64,000 bases of DNA from Macrostomum lignano (Eukaryota): positions 124,001-188,000 of the forward strand of contig NIVC01000004.1 of assembly GCA_002269645.1 (NCBI GenBank), written 5' to 3'. Below the pieces are notes generated by a model. It was not told where the DNA came from. It worked only from the letters and a program-made list of their open reading frames with translations, and searched no databases. The stretch's first letter is position 1, and every line of letters begins with the position of its first letter. Below, in pieces: positions 13,545-26,000 of the stretch. Position numbers and translations under genes: made by a program.

Positions 13545-14250
13545 AACCACCCACCCCCAGTCTTTCAGTGTGCGCTTCAAACAGCCACCCCAGGCCTTCA
13601 GTGGGCAACTGCAGCCACCCACATTCAGTCCTTCGGTGTGCATTGCAACCACCCACATCCAGTCCTTCAGTGTGCGCTGCAACCACCCACCCCAGGCCTT
13701 CAGTGGGCAACTGCAACCACACACCCTTAGGCCTTCAGCGTGCATTGCAAACACCCACCCCAGGCCTTCAGTGGGCAACTGCAACCACACACCCTTAGGC
13801 CTTCAGCGTGCATTACAACCACCCACCTCAAGCCTTCAGCGTGCATTGCAAACACCCACCCAGGCCTTCGGCGTGCACTGCAACCACCCACCCCAAGCCT
13901 TCAGCGTGTATTGCAAACACCCACCCCAGGCCTTCAGCGTGCATTGCAAACACCCACCCCAGTGCAACTGCAACCACCCACTTCCTGTCCTTTGGTAGGC
14001 AACTGCAACCACCCACTTCCTGTCCTTCAGTGGGCAACTGCAACCAACCTCCAGTCCTTCAGTGGGCAATTGCAACCACCTCCAGTCCTTCAGTCAATGG
14101 GCAACTGCAACCACCTCCAGTCCTTCAGTCAATGGGCATTTGCAACCACCTCTAGCCCTTCAGTCAATGGGAAATTGCAACTACATCCAGTCCTTCAGTG
14201 GGCAATTGCAACCACCTCCAGTCCTTCAGTGGGCAACTGCAACCACCTGC
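13545..14250. repeat. degenerate minisatellite (CAACCACCC...CCTTCAGTGGGCAACTG)
   Basis: Repeated CAACCACC / CCTTCAG cores. Confidence 0.88.
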
Positions 14251-14879
14251 AGCTAACTTAGCTCTGCAAACAAACAACCTCAACTCTTTCAATGTGACAC
14301 TCATGCCTCACAATCATTTGCCTCTATTATCTTTATAGTTTATTAGTACTTGATATCATCAAGACTTCACATTGTTGAACTTCTTAAATAAACTTTAGAA
14401 TAATTCTATTAGAATAAATAAATTAGCATTTATCTTTTTAGACATGGCTTTATTAAGCATTGTTTAATTTTTTACTTTATTCAAAAACTGTGGAAGTGTA
14501 GCTCGTCTAACAAATAGTAGGAAAATAAACATCAACAAAACATAAAATAAAATTGGCTATTGAATTCAGGCTCAAGAAGGCTCAAGTCAGCTGTTCCACT
14601 TGCTCTAAGGGCTGGTGTTGTTTACCAATTTCGCTGCTCTGAGGATTAGAGCATTTCCTACATTGGAAAAACAAAGCAACACCTGCACATTAGAGCTAGG
14701 GAACATTGGCTAAATTACCATCTGCTTTTTTGTAAAAAATGTTGTGACAGTGAACCAATTCAGCTCTTTAAAGTGCTGGATGGGTGCAAATTTGACCATA
14801 AGCTTAAGATTATTGAAGCTTCTTATATCAGAATGCACAAACCAAACTTGAATGTGCAACTTGCTAGCAATGGGGTGGG

Positions 14880-16080
14880 GGTCCATGAGAATTGCCCGCA
14901 GACAAATTGCCCGCCGAGATTTGCCCGCAGGAGATATGCCCGTGGAGATTTGCCCGCCAAGCTTTTCCTGGGGAGATTTGCCCGCAGTGCAATTTGCCCG
15001 CGAGCGAGTTGCCCGCCGAGTTTTTTCCCACCGAGGTTTGCCCGTAATGCTTTTTTCCTGCAGCGCATTTAGCGACGCGGCAGATTTTGTCTGCATTGCC
15101 TTCCCAATGCTTAGTATTGGTTTTTGCGAGCTATCTTAGCCAAGGAGCAAGCAAACTCATCCATCCCATAGATTTCAATACGACGAAGGAGGTGGTTTGA
15201 ACCATAGACTATCACGTTTTTTCAACCAAACTCATCCAACGGGCGAGCAATCTCAGCCATAGCTTGTTTATTAAGCGAAAAATTTAATTGGTTCGTATAT
15301 AAGAGACTTTATGATAGAGCAGCACATCAATCTTGCTTGATTCCTCCCTTATTCTGCCACGTTGGAGAGAAGCAATTCTTCCAGTAGCTTCGTAAGTCCA
15401 GATTATATGTCTGGACGTCTTCAGCTTTATCCCGAGAATGCGTGAAGCAGTGCTCAAATTTTGTCTATCATTCCATGCGTTGATTAGCTTCTCTCTGTCG
15501 GAGTTGGATGTTTGTTGCAACTGAGCCATCGGAGGAGGAGGAAAGAAAGAAGGGAAGAGGAAATGAATGGGCAGACAAGCTATGGCTGAGATTGCTCGCC
15601 CGTTGGATGAGTTTGGTTGAAAAAACGTGATAGTCTATGGTTCAAACCACCTCCTTCGTCGTATTGAAATCTATGGGATGGATGAGTTTGCTTGCTCCTT
15701 GCCTGAGATAGCTCGCAAAAACCAATATGTGTTAATCTCAATAAAGAGATTTATACGATCAAAACGTTTTGATAGTAACTGCATATCAAATGCATATTTT
15801 TTTGGGGGGCAATGCAGACAGAATCCAGCTACCAAATGCGCTGCAGGAAAAAAGCATTGCAGGCAAACCTCGGCAAAAAAACTTGGCGGGCAACTTGCTC
15901 GCGGGCAAATTTCGGCGGGCAATTCTTGGCGGGCAAATCTCCATGGGCAATTCGCTCATGGGCAAAATGCACTGCGGGGAAATCTCCGCGGGAAAAGCTC
16001 GGCGGGCAAATCTCCATGGGCAAATCTCCTGCGGGCAAATCTCAGCGGGCAATTTGTCTGCGGGCATTTCTCGTGCTCCC
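14880..16080. mobile_element. foldback/MITE-like element with long inverted arms and internal Tc1/IS630-like HTH remnant
   Basis: 15141-15267 is the exact reverse complement of 15575-15701 (127 bp); outer arms with many TTGCCCGC/GCGGGCAA subrepeats are imperfectly inverted; spacer ORF 15529-15284 resembles a transposase N-terminal HTH. Confidence 0.8.
15284..15529 (-). pseudogene. truncated Tc1/mariner/IS630-like transposase N-terminal DNA-binding fragment
   Basis: DREKLINAWNDRQNLSTASRILGIKLKTSRHIIWTYEATGRIASLQRGR has the spacing of the paired-like HTH; no DDE domain present. Confidence 0.6.
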
Positions 16081-17227
16081 ATGGGGTGGAGCGTGAGCTA
16101 AGAGTATTATGAGCAGAGCCATGCCTATTTTTTTCTCTCTCTCCCTTTGTTATGTACTTGGCACTTTTGAAATTTTACTGGACTATTTTGACCCGCCTTT
16201 GGACTGTACAGTTTGTTTTGCTTAAATATATTGGTGCTAAAAATTAAGGTTAGTTGAATTTGCCCTGACAATAAGCAAACAAAGTAAGCAAAATTACTGA
16301 TGGAGGAATGAGATAATAAATACAATACAATGAAAGAATAGTTTAACAAACGAAGGTAGGCCTACTTAATTACTACTACAAAATAGTTATTTCTAATTCT
16401 AGTGCCATGATTCTAACTCTTGTGCAGACGTGGACTGAAGAGTTTCGTCCAGTGTTAAGATTTCCAATATTCTCTTGTGTATTCCATACCTTAAACTAAA
16501 TGTGGCACAGATGACAGATTGACAGAATATTACGGTTATAAAATTAATTTCGATTTTCGAAGGGCCTATGATAAAATGAAAAAAATATTACAAGGATTCT
16601 AGAATCTATAAGTCAAAATAGCGGTCGACGCTAAGTATACTTAGTAACCTAAAGTTTTTTTTACAATTCACATTTTGACAAGACACATTCAGACACGAAT
16701 TTTTTATTTTTATTATAACTTTCATAGAACTACTCCATAAGTCAAATTAACTTGTAGAGTATAACAATCCGTTCCGCTTCTCTTACTTAGCGAAGTAATA
16801 TCCTGGTACTATAATGAATATAATTGCTTGTTTAGATTATTTAATTTTTTTGTTCACACGCCACTCTCTGTTATTTACGCCCCAGCAATAAGATGGATGT
16901 TATCGAGACGAGACACCCATTATTATTATAATTATATCTCTTACAGAACCGTTTACAATAAATCATTTTGATTTATTTATATTATGTGATACGACTGCTA
17001 AAGCTTTGCCAACTCACTCATTCAAAGATCAGACTAAAGTGAAGCATAAGCCTGTATGTAGTCTTGTCCCATTTATGACCTTTTAATGTTTATTATAAAG
17101 GCTTCCACCTGAATTTCTGAGTAGGTACTGAACCCAAGTAGGTCTAAGTTCTATTGGAGTATTATTAGGCCCTACTATCTTAAAAACATTTCTCTTGGCT
17201 ATTGTACTCCTCAATTTAAAATTACAG

Positions 17228-20200
17228 TGAGTGAAAATAGGCCTAGTAAGAAAGATTTGCCATTAAGTATTATTCAGTTTCTTGAAAGTGAGCTTCAAAT
17301 TCATAGGGAAGGAGCTACCGATAATGACTTTGTAGAAAGCATTGAAGGTATGTATTATGTATGTACTATTAATATTTGTCATATAAAATTTGTTTTTTTG
17401 CCAAGTCATTTGATATTGTGCTAGTGGTATTCCTGTATGATACAAAATCCTACCACTTAACCACCAAAGTTGTCGAAGGGCTGATTCTTCTGTCTCTACA
17501 AATGATTCCCCAGCTGTCACTAAAGTTGTCAAAGAGCTTAACTTATGTCTTTATAAATGATTCCACAATGTGACCAAGTTGTTAAAGGGCTGCTTCTATC
17601 TCTACAAATGATTCCACAGTTGTCACCAAAGTTGTTATAGGGGTTAACTTCTATCTTTATAAATGTTGGTAGCTGCCACCAAGACTATTCTATTAATAAA
17701 TTATGAGTTTATGAATCTTAGAATAAGTCTAAGAAATATTTCTTGGAATTAGTCTGAGCATATATCTAAATATTTGTCTGAGTATATTGTTCTTAAAATA
17801 CTATTTAGCCCTTACAAGTATCATTATCCTGTTATTCCAGTAGTGTTTACTATTATTCTGGTAACATTTACTGTTATTCTGGCCTGAGTGGTATATTGGC
17901 TTACTGGTATATGTATTACATGTATTTCCAATCCTAGGTGTTACTGAGATCAGAGGGTCATAGCCTTTGGTTATTCTTTCATCTATGGCTCATTCCATAT
18001 AAGCATGGTCATAACATGACAGGTTATTTTTACTTATAAAATGAAATCTAATAATAGAATATACTAAACCAATATTTTAAATGAAAGATTATTTTGTCTA
18101 GAATATATTTATAGAGTTTCATATAGATATCATCATTAGTATAGATGCTATTAAACCTTAAATGACACTTATGGTCGTAACGACAGGATTTTTGACATAT
18201 AGAAACTAAAAGGTAAAAGTCTTATAACATTTTTCATTTTTGATATTTTGCAATACATTTTTAAAATTTGACTAAGAACATCTTTAGAAATCATACTCTT
18301 TTATTAGAATATATAAACTCAAAAGGCAACAAAGATACAAAAGAAAAGGCAGCCTTATGGTCGTAACATTATGGTCGTAACATATTTTTTTCTGTCAATT
18401 CAGTAACTTTAAGGTACTAATACATTAAAAATATAATAGATTATTTGGTCACCAATGCTTTTATCTGATGATGCAAGTACTATACTTTTATCTATAGTTT
18501 GTTTCAACCTTCAAAAGCTTTCTATTTGTTTTTAAAAGGTACAAAATCTTAATGATGTCTTTTGCTTCGAAAAATGTCCAAATTTTTACAAAAATGACTT
18601 TTTGCCAATTGATAACATACTAATCCAACATTTTACCATTCCTTTATTCTTAGATTGTATATATTGCACAATATAAACATTTGGTAAAAAAATAGGCTAA
18701 TTAGGCAATGGCAAGCAAAAATATTGACTTTTTTCTATTTTCCAAATATGTCCATCTTATATGGAATGAGCCCTATTGATTTGATTTAGGATCTTCTTCA
18801 TAGTCTCTTACTACTTCCACTTCTCAGTAGTATATATTGTATGTGTTCTCTGCCACTTCACTTCTCTTTTGCAAATGAATAACTCAGAAAACAATCTTCA
18901 ATAATGTTTACTCGGAACTTTTACTATTTGATACTGGCTTTCTTTTTGAAGGAACCGCGATGCGCAAGGTTGGTCTTTCCTCTGCCAAAAATGCTTCTAT
19001 TTATTACTAAAATTTGCTGCTAGTTTAAACAAAAATTAGTTTGTGTAAAATATTATGAAAAATACATGTATTATAACAAGTGTGTTTTCCTAGATTTGAC
19101 ACATATTCAAAATGAGTTATACAGTTATCAATTTTATAATAAAAGAATTGGGAGGGGCCCTGCACAATATTTAAATTTTATTCTGCTGATTTCAAGCCCT
19201 ATTTTTCATCATTACTTATTTTAAAAAGTAATTCATTAATTATATGTTTATTTTATAATTTTATAAGCTGTTGAAACCTAAGTCATATTCAAACAAACAC
19301 TTGTTGATAATTAGGATAGAAGTTTAAAAAATGAATAATTCTAGGCCTACTGATTCAATTTAAATCAAGATTTAAGTCCAGCATTGATCTTACTGGCTGG
19401 GGTACTATGCTGAATGAGTCTATCTAAATGTCTATCTAAATCATATGTTGGCAAACTCTGGCATTTGCCTCTTTTTCTGTCTTTTCATTAAAACTTTTTC
19501 TTGTCTCTTTTCTTTTCTCATTTCATTTATTTTATTGTCTTCTCTATTTTCTTTTCTCTCCTTTTATCATTCCTTTTTTATTTCCTCTTCTTTCTCTCTC
19601 TCTCCTCTGTTTTCTCTTCTCTCTCTTATCTATTCTTTCTCCATTGCTCTTTTTTGTTTCCTCTCTTCTCTCCTTTCTGCTTTCTTTTTTCTCTATTCTC
19701 TGTTGTGTCTATTTTCCTATATTTTCTTGCTACTCCCTCATCTTTCCTCTCTCTTCTCTAAGTTCTCATCTCTTATCTATTTATTCTTGTCTCTGCTCTT
19801 TTATTTCCCCTCTCTTCTGTTAGCTTTATTCTCTTATATGTTCTCTTGTCTATGTGTGTGTTCCCCAACAGATATTCTCTCAATAGATATTTTTTCCTTC
19901 AAATAGAAACCCTATTGGAATAAATGTTAAAAACCCGCAGACGCACACTTTAGAAAAGAGTCAAACTATTTTACCGCACTTTAGGATTATTAGAGATGTT
20001 CCAAAAGATCTGCAGTTTCATCGAAATCAAAATTCGCTAACTTTCCAAAATCAAAATTGAAATTTCCCAAAAATCATAATTCAGAAAAACAAAGTTTAGT
20101 ATGATCAACACTCACTTTTTTACTTTCAATTTACTGCTTAAGCAAAAAGTAATACATGTATATGTAGTAGAAAGTAGTTTATTTTTAGCAACTTTTTAGA

Positions 20201-22094
20201 CACTACCAAAATTTTCACTTCTAAATTTTTTTCAAAATTGAAATTCACTCTAAAAAATTTGAAGTTTTGGAAAATTGAAATTGAATTTTCGAAACATCTC
20301 TAAGCTTAATAAATTACAAGTGTATAAGCCCTTTCAACAGAGGTATTATACCCATTTGCATGTATATGTATTTGCTAGAGCAGCAGCCAGTAAGAAAGGG
20401 CAGCGCGCGTGCAGGTGCTGCGCCTGTGCGCGCGCTGCGCTTTAGAAAAATTTCAAAAGTGCGCCGGACACCATCCGCAGTTTTACAACTTTTTCCTATA
20501 GGGAATAGAAAAATTCAAACAAAAAATGAATTCATGTTTCGGGATACATTCCTTACTCTGACACCATATTCAGCTTTAATAATTTGTAAGTTGAAATTTT
20601 CTGTCCCAAAGGAAAAAAACATTAAGTATGTCAAAAGATGAATTCATTTGGCACCCCTTACAAACACATTTTGGAAGCAAATATTTCGAGAAATACAAAA
20701 GGCAATCGTGTGTCTAAGATGTCATTGCAAAGCTGAGACATTCGTCAAGAATTAATAAAAGTTTCAGAGCAAATGATTGAAGCATTGAGACGCAGCGATA
20801 AATCAAACTTTTTGTTAATCACCGATCTTCAACCAAGATCAACCAAAACTTCTGTAAATGACCTGCATTTGAAATCACTGGCGTCTGCCCTTCTAAAATT
20901 CTATTTAAATCCGTCTGAGCTAATTGATTAAAAGGCCTTCCCCTTTCTGTTGCCACCCAGTTGCTATGCAGTGCATCGAGTCGGCCTATGGACTAGGCGA
21001 ATCGAGGAACGGTGCCGAGCAGCAGCAGCCGCCTCGCCCAAGTCTGGCGGCCGTCTACGCTGCCGGCTGCCAGGCCCTGGCGTCGGAGATTCACCAGACA
21101 GCCGAGCGTCTCAAAGCCGAGGGCAACGCGCTGATGTCTGGCAACAGGCCGTTGGAGGCGGTGGCCGCCTATACGCGCGCCATCGAGACGGCGCCGGGCA
21201 GTGCTGTCTACCACTGCAACCGGGCTGCCGCCTATTCGAAACTCGGCGATCACGAGGCCGCCATCCGTGACTGCGAGCTGGCGCTGGCTGCCGACCCCGG
21301 CTACGCCAAGGCCTACGGCAGGCTGGGCTTCGCGTACGCCGCGACCGGCCGGCACGCCAGAGCGGCCGAGTATTATGGCCGGGCCCTGCAGCTGGAGCCC
21401 AACTGCGTAGGCTATCGCCAGAATCTGGACACCGCCAGGGCTGCCGCTGCCCGGGCTGACGTGAGTAACAAGGCTGCTCCTTGCTCCCTCATCCTCACCA
21501 GCATCTACTGACATCCTCATCAGTATCTAGTGACATCCTCACCAGTATCTACTGACATCCTCACCAGTATCTAGTACATCCTTACCAGTATCTACTGACA
21601 TCCTCATCAGTATCTACTGACATCCTCACCAGTATCTACTGACATCCTCACCAGTATCTACTGACATCCTCATCAGTATCTACTGACATCCTCACCAGTA
21701 TCTACTGACATCCTCACCGAAATTCCCGTGGCGTTTCCAGCCCACAGCCCAGCAGCGGCAGGCGCCTCAGCAGCAGCCGCAGCCGGACGGTCGGCCCCGC
21801 CTGCCGGTGGACTTCCAGATGATGATGAACCAACCGGATGCGCTGCGCCACGCCTCCCAGATGGTCACCAACATGGCCGGCCATCTGCCGCCGTCCTTGA
21901 ACCTCAGCCGGCTCAGCGCCGACGAGCTGGCCGGCATGGGCCGCGAGTTCGCCAGCTTCCTGGCCTCGCACAACCCCGCCCTGTCCGAGCAGCTCAACGC
22001 CTCCGTGTCCCGAGGCGGCGAAGGAAATGACGGCACCGGAGGCGGAGGCGGAAATGGAGAAAGGCAAAACCGACCACCTGACTATTTCTCTTGA
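17228..22094 (+). CDS. SGTA: small glutamine-rich TPR co-chaperone (SGTA/Sgt2)
   Basis: Exons 17228-17347 (KKDLPLSIIQFLESEL..ESIE), 20961-21460 (V|AMQCIESAYG, three TPRs ending KAYGRLG..YYGRALQLEP), 21741-22094 (Q/M-rich C-terminus, PPDYFS*); phases consistent; start probably A|TG across an intron. Confidence 0.92.
17450..17685. repeat. degenerate ~55-bp tandem repeat in SGTA intron
   Basis: CACCAAAGTTGT...TCTACAAATGATT recurs about four times. Confidence 0.65.
19490..19880. repeat. CT-rich low-complexity tract
   Basis: Near-pure pyrimidine plus strand; Phe/Ser/Leu ORFs are artefacts. Confidence 0.9.
19990..20303. mobile_element. possible small MITE
   Basis: TTAGAGATGTT (19990-20000) and AACATCTCTAA (20293-20303) are inverted; internal AAATTGAAATT repeats; no convincing TSD. 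Confidence 0.35.
21484..21718. repeat. 22-bp intronic minisatellite (CATCCTCACCAGTATCTACTGA)
   Basis: Direct tandem repetition filling SGTA intron. Confidence 0.95.
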
Positions 22095-22144
22095 TCGCAG
22101 CGATTATGCTATTGCCTAGCCTGCAACTTTACCCTTGCCTACGG

Positions 22145-22508
22145 TCCCAGATCCCGGCATTCATCCTTAGATCCCTACCTCACAGTCCCAGTCTCGGCAT
22201 TCATCCTAGATCCCTACCTCACGGTCCCAGTCCCGGCATTCATCCTAGATCCCTACCTCACAGTCCCAGTCCCGGCATTCATCCTAGATCCCTACCTCAC
22301 AGTCCCAGTCCCGGCATTCATCCTAGATCCCTACCTCACAGTCCCAGTCCCGGCATTCATCCTAGATCCCTACCTCACAGTCCCAGTCCCGGCATTCATC
22401 CCAGATCCCTACCTCACAGTCCCAGTCCCGGCATTCATCCCAGATCCCTACCTCACAGTCCCAGTCCCGGCATTCATCCCAGATCCCTACCTCACAGTCC
22501 CAGTCCCG
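22145..22508. repeat. 39-bp minisatellite in probable SGTA 3' UTR
   Basis: GATCCCTACCTCACAGTCCCAGTCCCGGCATTCATCCTA units; AATAAA near 22945. Confidence 0.95.
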
Positions 22509-23239
22509 GGCCCGCAGCTTACCCGTCCGGTGAATCCGGCCTGCTGTCATATCTGTAACTGCAGTTTTGCTATACACATATCTGTATGCCGGCCTTCTCA
22601 TGCTTGATGCATCATGTCTGCGCAGAAGCCTCGCAGCTAATATCCACTAATTTGCCCAGCAAGTTCCCCGCCGGTTGCCTTCTCCCACCTCATGTTTGAC
22701 TCCCCTCTGCTCCTACTAATTCTTGGGCGAACGTTTTTTTCCGAGAGACAGATCGCGCCTACTGGTTGCTATGCTGTTACTGTACTTTTGCTACCGTAAT
22801 GCTGTGATTATTATTCGCGAACTTAGTCTAGCGGCGTGTACTATGTTTGCTTCGGCCAAATTTATTATTATAAATGTTTTTATATAGTATTAGATTACAG
22901 AATCCGCACTCTCGATGCCTGACCGGGAAATTTTATACGCAGAAATAAAACATTGAATTTATTTTCCATTTGTTTCACTGCACTTCAATACATACATTCG
23001 TTAGATACTACTAGACCAGCAAGTAATATGAAGTTCTCATGGATTTATGGATAATGAGTTAGACGTCATTTAGGACGCATATTGGAAGAGGAATTTGCTC
23101 GTCAAGATTCAGCAATTATTCAAAGATTTTCAAGTCGTCTACCCTACTAAACTGGTGCATGCTTAGCCAATTGTCTGAGGTTGGGATCCAGTTAGTTAAA
23201 CATTTGCTCCGACCATTTAAACATTCTTTCTCTCCTCCG

Positions 23240-24062
23240 ACCCATTTCTGATCAGCTACTGACCCATTTCCAAACAGCTACTGACCCATTTCTAAATAGC
23301 TACTGACCCATTTCCAAACAACTACTGACCCATTTCCAAATAGCTACTAAACAATTTCTAAATAGCTACTGACCCATTTCCAAATAGCTACTGACCCATT
23401 TCCAAACAGCTACTGACCCATTTCCAAATAGCTACTGACCCATTTCTAAACAGCCACTGACCTGTTTCCTAATAGCTACTGACCCATTTCTAAACAGCTA
23501 CTGACCTGTTTCCTAATAGCTACTGACCCATTTCCAAATAGCTACTGACCCATTTCCAAACAACTACTGACCCATTTCCAACCAGCTACTGACCCATTTC
23601 CAAACAGCTACTGACCCATTTCCAAATAGTTACTGACTCATTTCCAAATAGCTACTGACCCATTTCTGAACAGCTACTGACCTGTTTCCAAATAGCTACT
23701 GACCCATTTCCAAATACCTACTGACCCATTTCCAAATACCTACTTACCCATTTCTGAAAAGCTACTGACCCATTTCCAAATACCTACTGATACATTTCCA
23801 AATAGCTATTGACCCATTTCTAAATAGCTACTGACACATTTCCAAACAGCTATTGACCCATTTCTAAATAGCTATTGACCCATTTCCAAACAGCTACTGA
23901 CCCATTTCTAAACAGCTACTGACCCATTTCCTAATAGCTACTGACCCATTTCCTAATAGCTACTGACCCATTTCCAGCCAGCTACTGACCCATTTCCAGC
24001 CAGCTACTGACCCATTTCCTAATAGCTACTGACCCATTTCCAGCCAGCTACTGACGCATTTC
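23240..24062. repeat. 22-bp minisatellite (AGCTACTGACCCATTTCCAAAC)
   Basis: Direct tandem repetition. Confidence 0.95.
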
Positions 24063-24769
24063 TAATTAAACAGCAACTCGCCCATTTCCATTACAATTAT
24101 GAATTTCGCATAATTGCAGCTAGCAATAAACTTGGTGTGTCAAGGCCCAGCTGGTTCCCACAAATTTAACTTTTACCTGTCAGACCAGCCGATTGAACAC
24201 TTCAACACTCAGTCACTTCTCTGCCAGCACTTGTCCAATGGAGCAGAGATTGGCACTGCAGTTCAGAGTTTCCCATGCATCTGGCATGTGCAAATGGCAG
24301 CTGGAGCTGATTAGAATGTCTTGCACGGTAATTAGGGTAATTACTCGCAAGAACTTTGATAATGCACGCAGGCATGCTTCAATTGTAGATGCATGGCTCT
24401 CGCGAACTGCTTGCACGAAATCTGCAGGCTCGAGTGCAACGCTTTTCTCACACGCGCTGCCTAATTGTCTTTAATTGGCAATTAGTTACTGCCCTGCTCT
24501 CCGCAGATGCTTTCCGAAACAGGTTGTTGAATAGTCGGCACGGCCGGTCCGAGGAACCTCGGCATTAACTCGCAGGGTGGGCCTTGAAATTGTCTTGTCG
24601 AATAGGCCATTTGTACTTTTATATTATAATGCCTTTAGCCATTGCAATGGATAACTTAGAATACATTCTATTGTATTTTAAGAAGATGGAAGATTGTCAT
24701 CCATTGCTCTCCTGGTTTTCGTTTTTCATTACTAAAATATAAAGTTTTTAGAAACCACAATCGGTGCCA

Positions 24770-25770
24770 GAGGTTGTCACAATGAGTGTCAGGTTGTCAT
24801 AATGAGCTTGTCACAATGAATGTCAGGTTGTCCCAATGAGTGTCAGGTTGTCCCAATGAGTGTCAGGTTGCCACAATGAGTGTCAGGTTGTCACAATGAG
24901 TGTCAGGTTGTCCCAATGAGTGTCAGGTTGCCACAATGAGTGTCAGGTTGTCATAATGACCTTGTCACAATGAATGTCAGGTTGTCACAATGAGTGTTAG
25001 GTTGTCCCAATGAGTGTCAGATTGTCACAATGAGTGTCAGGTTGTCATAATGAGCTTGTCACAATGAATGTCAGGTTGTCACAATGATCAGTTTCAGGTT
25101 GTCACAATGAGTGTCAAGTTTTCACAATGAGTGTCAGGTTGTCCCAATGAGTGTCAGATTGTCACAATGAGTGTCAGGTTGTCATAATGAGCTTGTCACA
25201 ATGAATGTCAGGTTGTCACAATGATCAGTGTCAGGTTGTCACAATGAGTGTCAGGTTGTTACAGCGAGTGTCAGGTTGTCACAATGAGTGACAAGTTTTC
25301 ACAATGAGTGTCAGGTTGTCACAATGAGTGTCAGGCTGCCCCAATGAGTGTCAGGTTGTCACAATGAGTGTCAGGTTGTTACAGCGAGTGTCAGGTTGTC
25401 ACAATGAGTGTCAAGTTTTCACAATGAGTGTCAGGTTGTCACAATGAGTGTCAGGTTGTCACAATGAGTGTCAGGCTGCCCCAATGAGTGTCAGGTTGTC
25501 ACAATTAGCGTCCAGTTGTCACAATGATATTCGGGTTGTCACAATGAGTGTCAGGTTGCCAGAATGAGTGTCAGGTTGTCACAATGAGTGTCAGGTTGTC
25601 ACAATGATCAGTGTCAGGTTGTCACAATGAGTGTCAAGTGAGTGTCAGGTTGTCACAATGAGTGTCAGGTTGTCACAATGAGTGTCAAGTGAGTGTCAGG
25701 TTGTCACAATGAGTGTCAGGTTGTCACAATGAGTGTCAGGTTGTCACAATCAGTGTCAGGTTGTTACAAT
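24770..25770. repeat. 20-bp minisatellite (GTCACAATGAGTGTCAGGTT)
   Basis: Direct tandem repetition. Confidence 0.95.
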
Positions 25771-25821
25771 GGTTTGATGCGTTTGATTTTTTTCGAGCTA
25801 CGCGTGTTTTCGGGACTACAG

Positions 25822-26000
25822 AGGCAATCTGCCCTACAATCCAGAGTTTAGTATCCATGCGGCAATCTGCCCTACAATCCCAGAGTTTAGTATCCATGCG
25901 GCAATCTGCCCTACAATCCAGAGTTTAGTATCCATGCGGCAATCTGCCCTACAATCCCAGAGTTTAGTATCCATGCGGCAATCTGCCCTACAATCCCAGA
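25822..26000. repeat. 38/39-bp tandem repeat (GGCAATCTGCCCTACAATCC...)
   Basis: About 4.5 copies. Confidence 0.9.

Noticed and set aside
18940-19010. Minus-strand IFGRGKT resembling a Walker A motif
   Set aside because: Short, closed by stops, lacks the full GxxxxGKT context and any downstream ATPase motifs
19445-19906. Hydrophobic Phe/Leu/Ser ORF as a membrane protein
   Set aside because: Translation of a CT low-complexity tract
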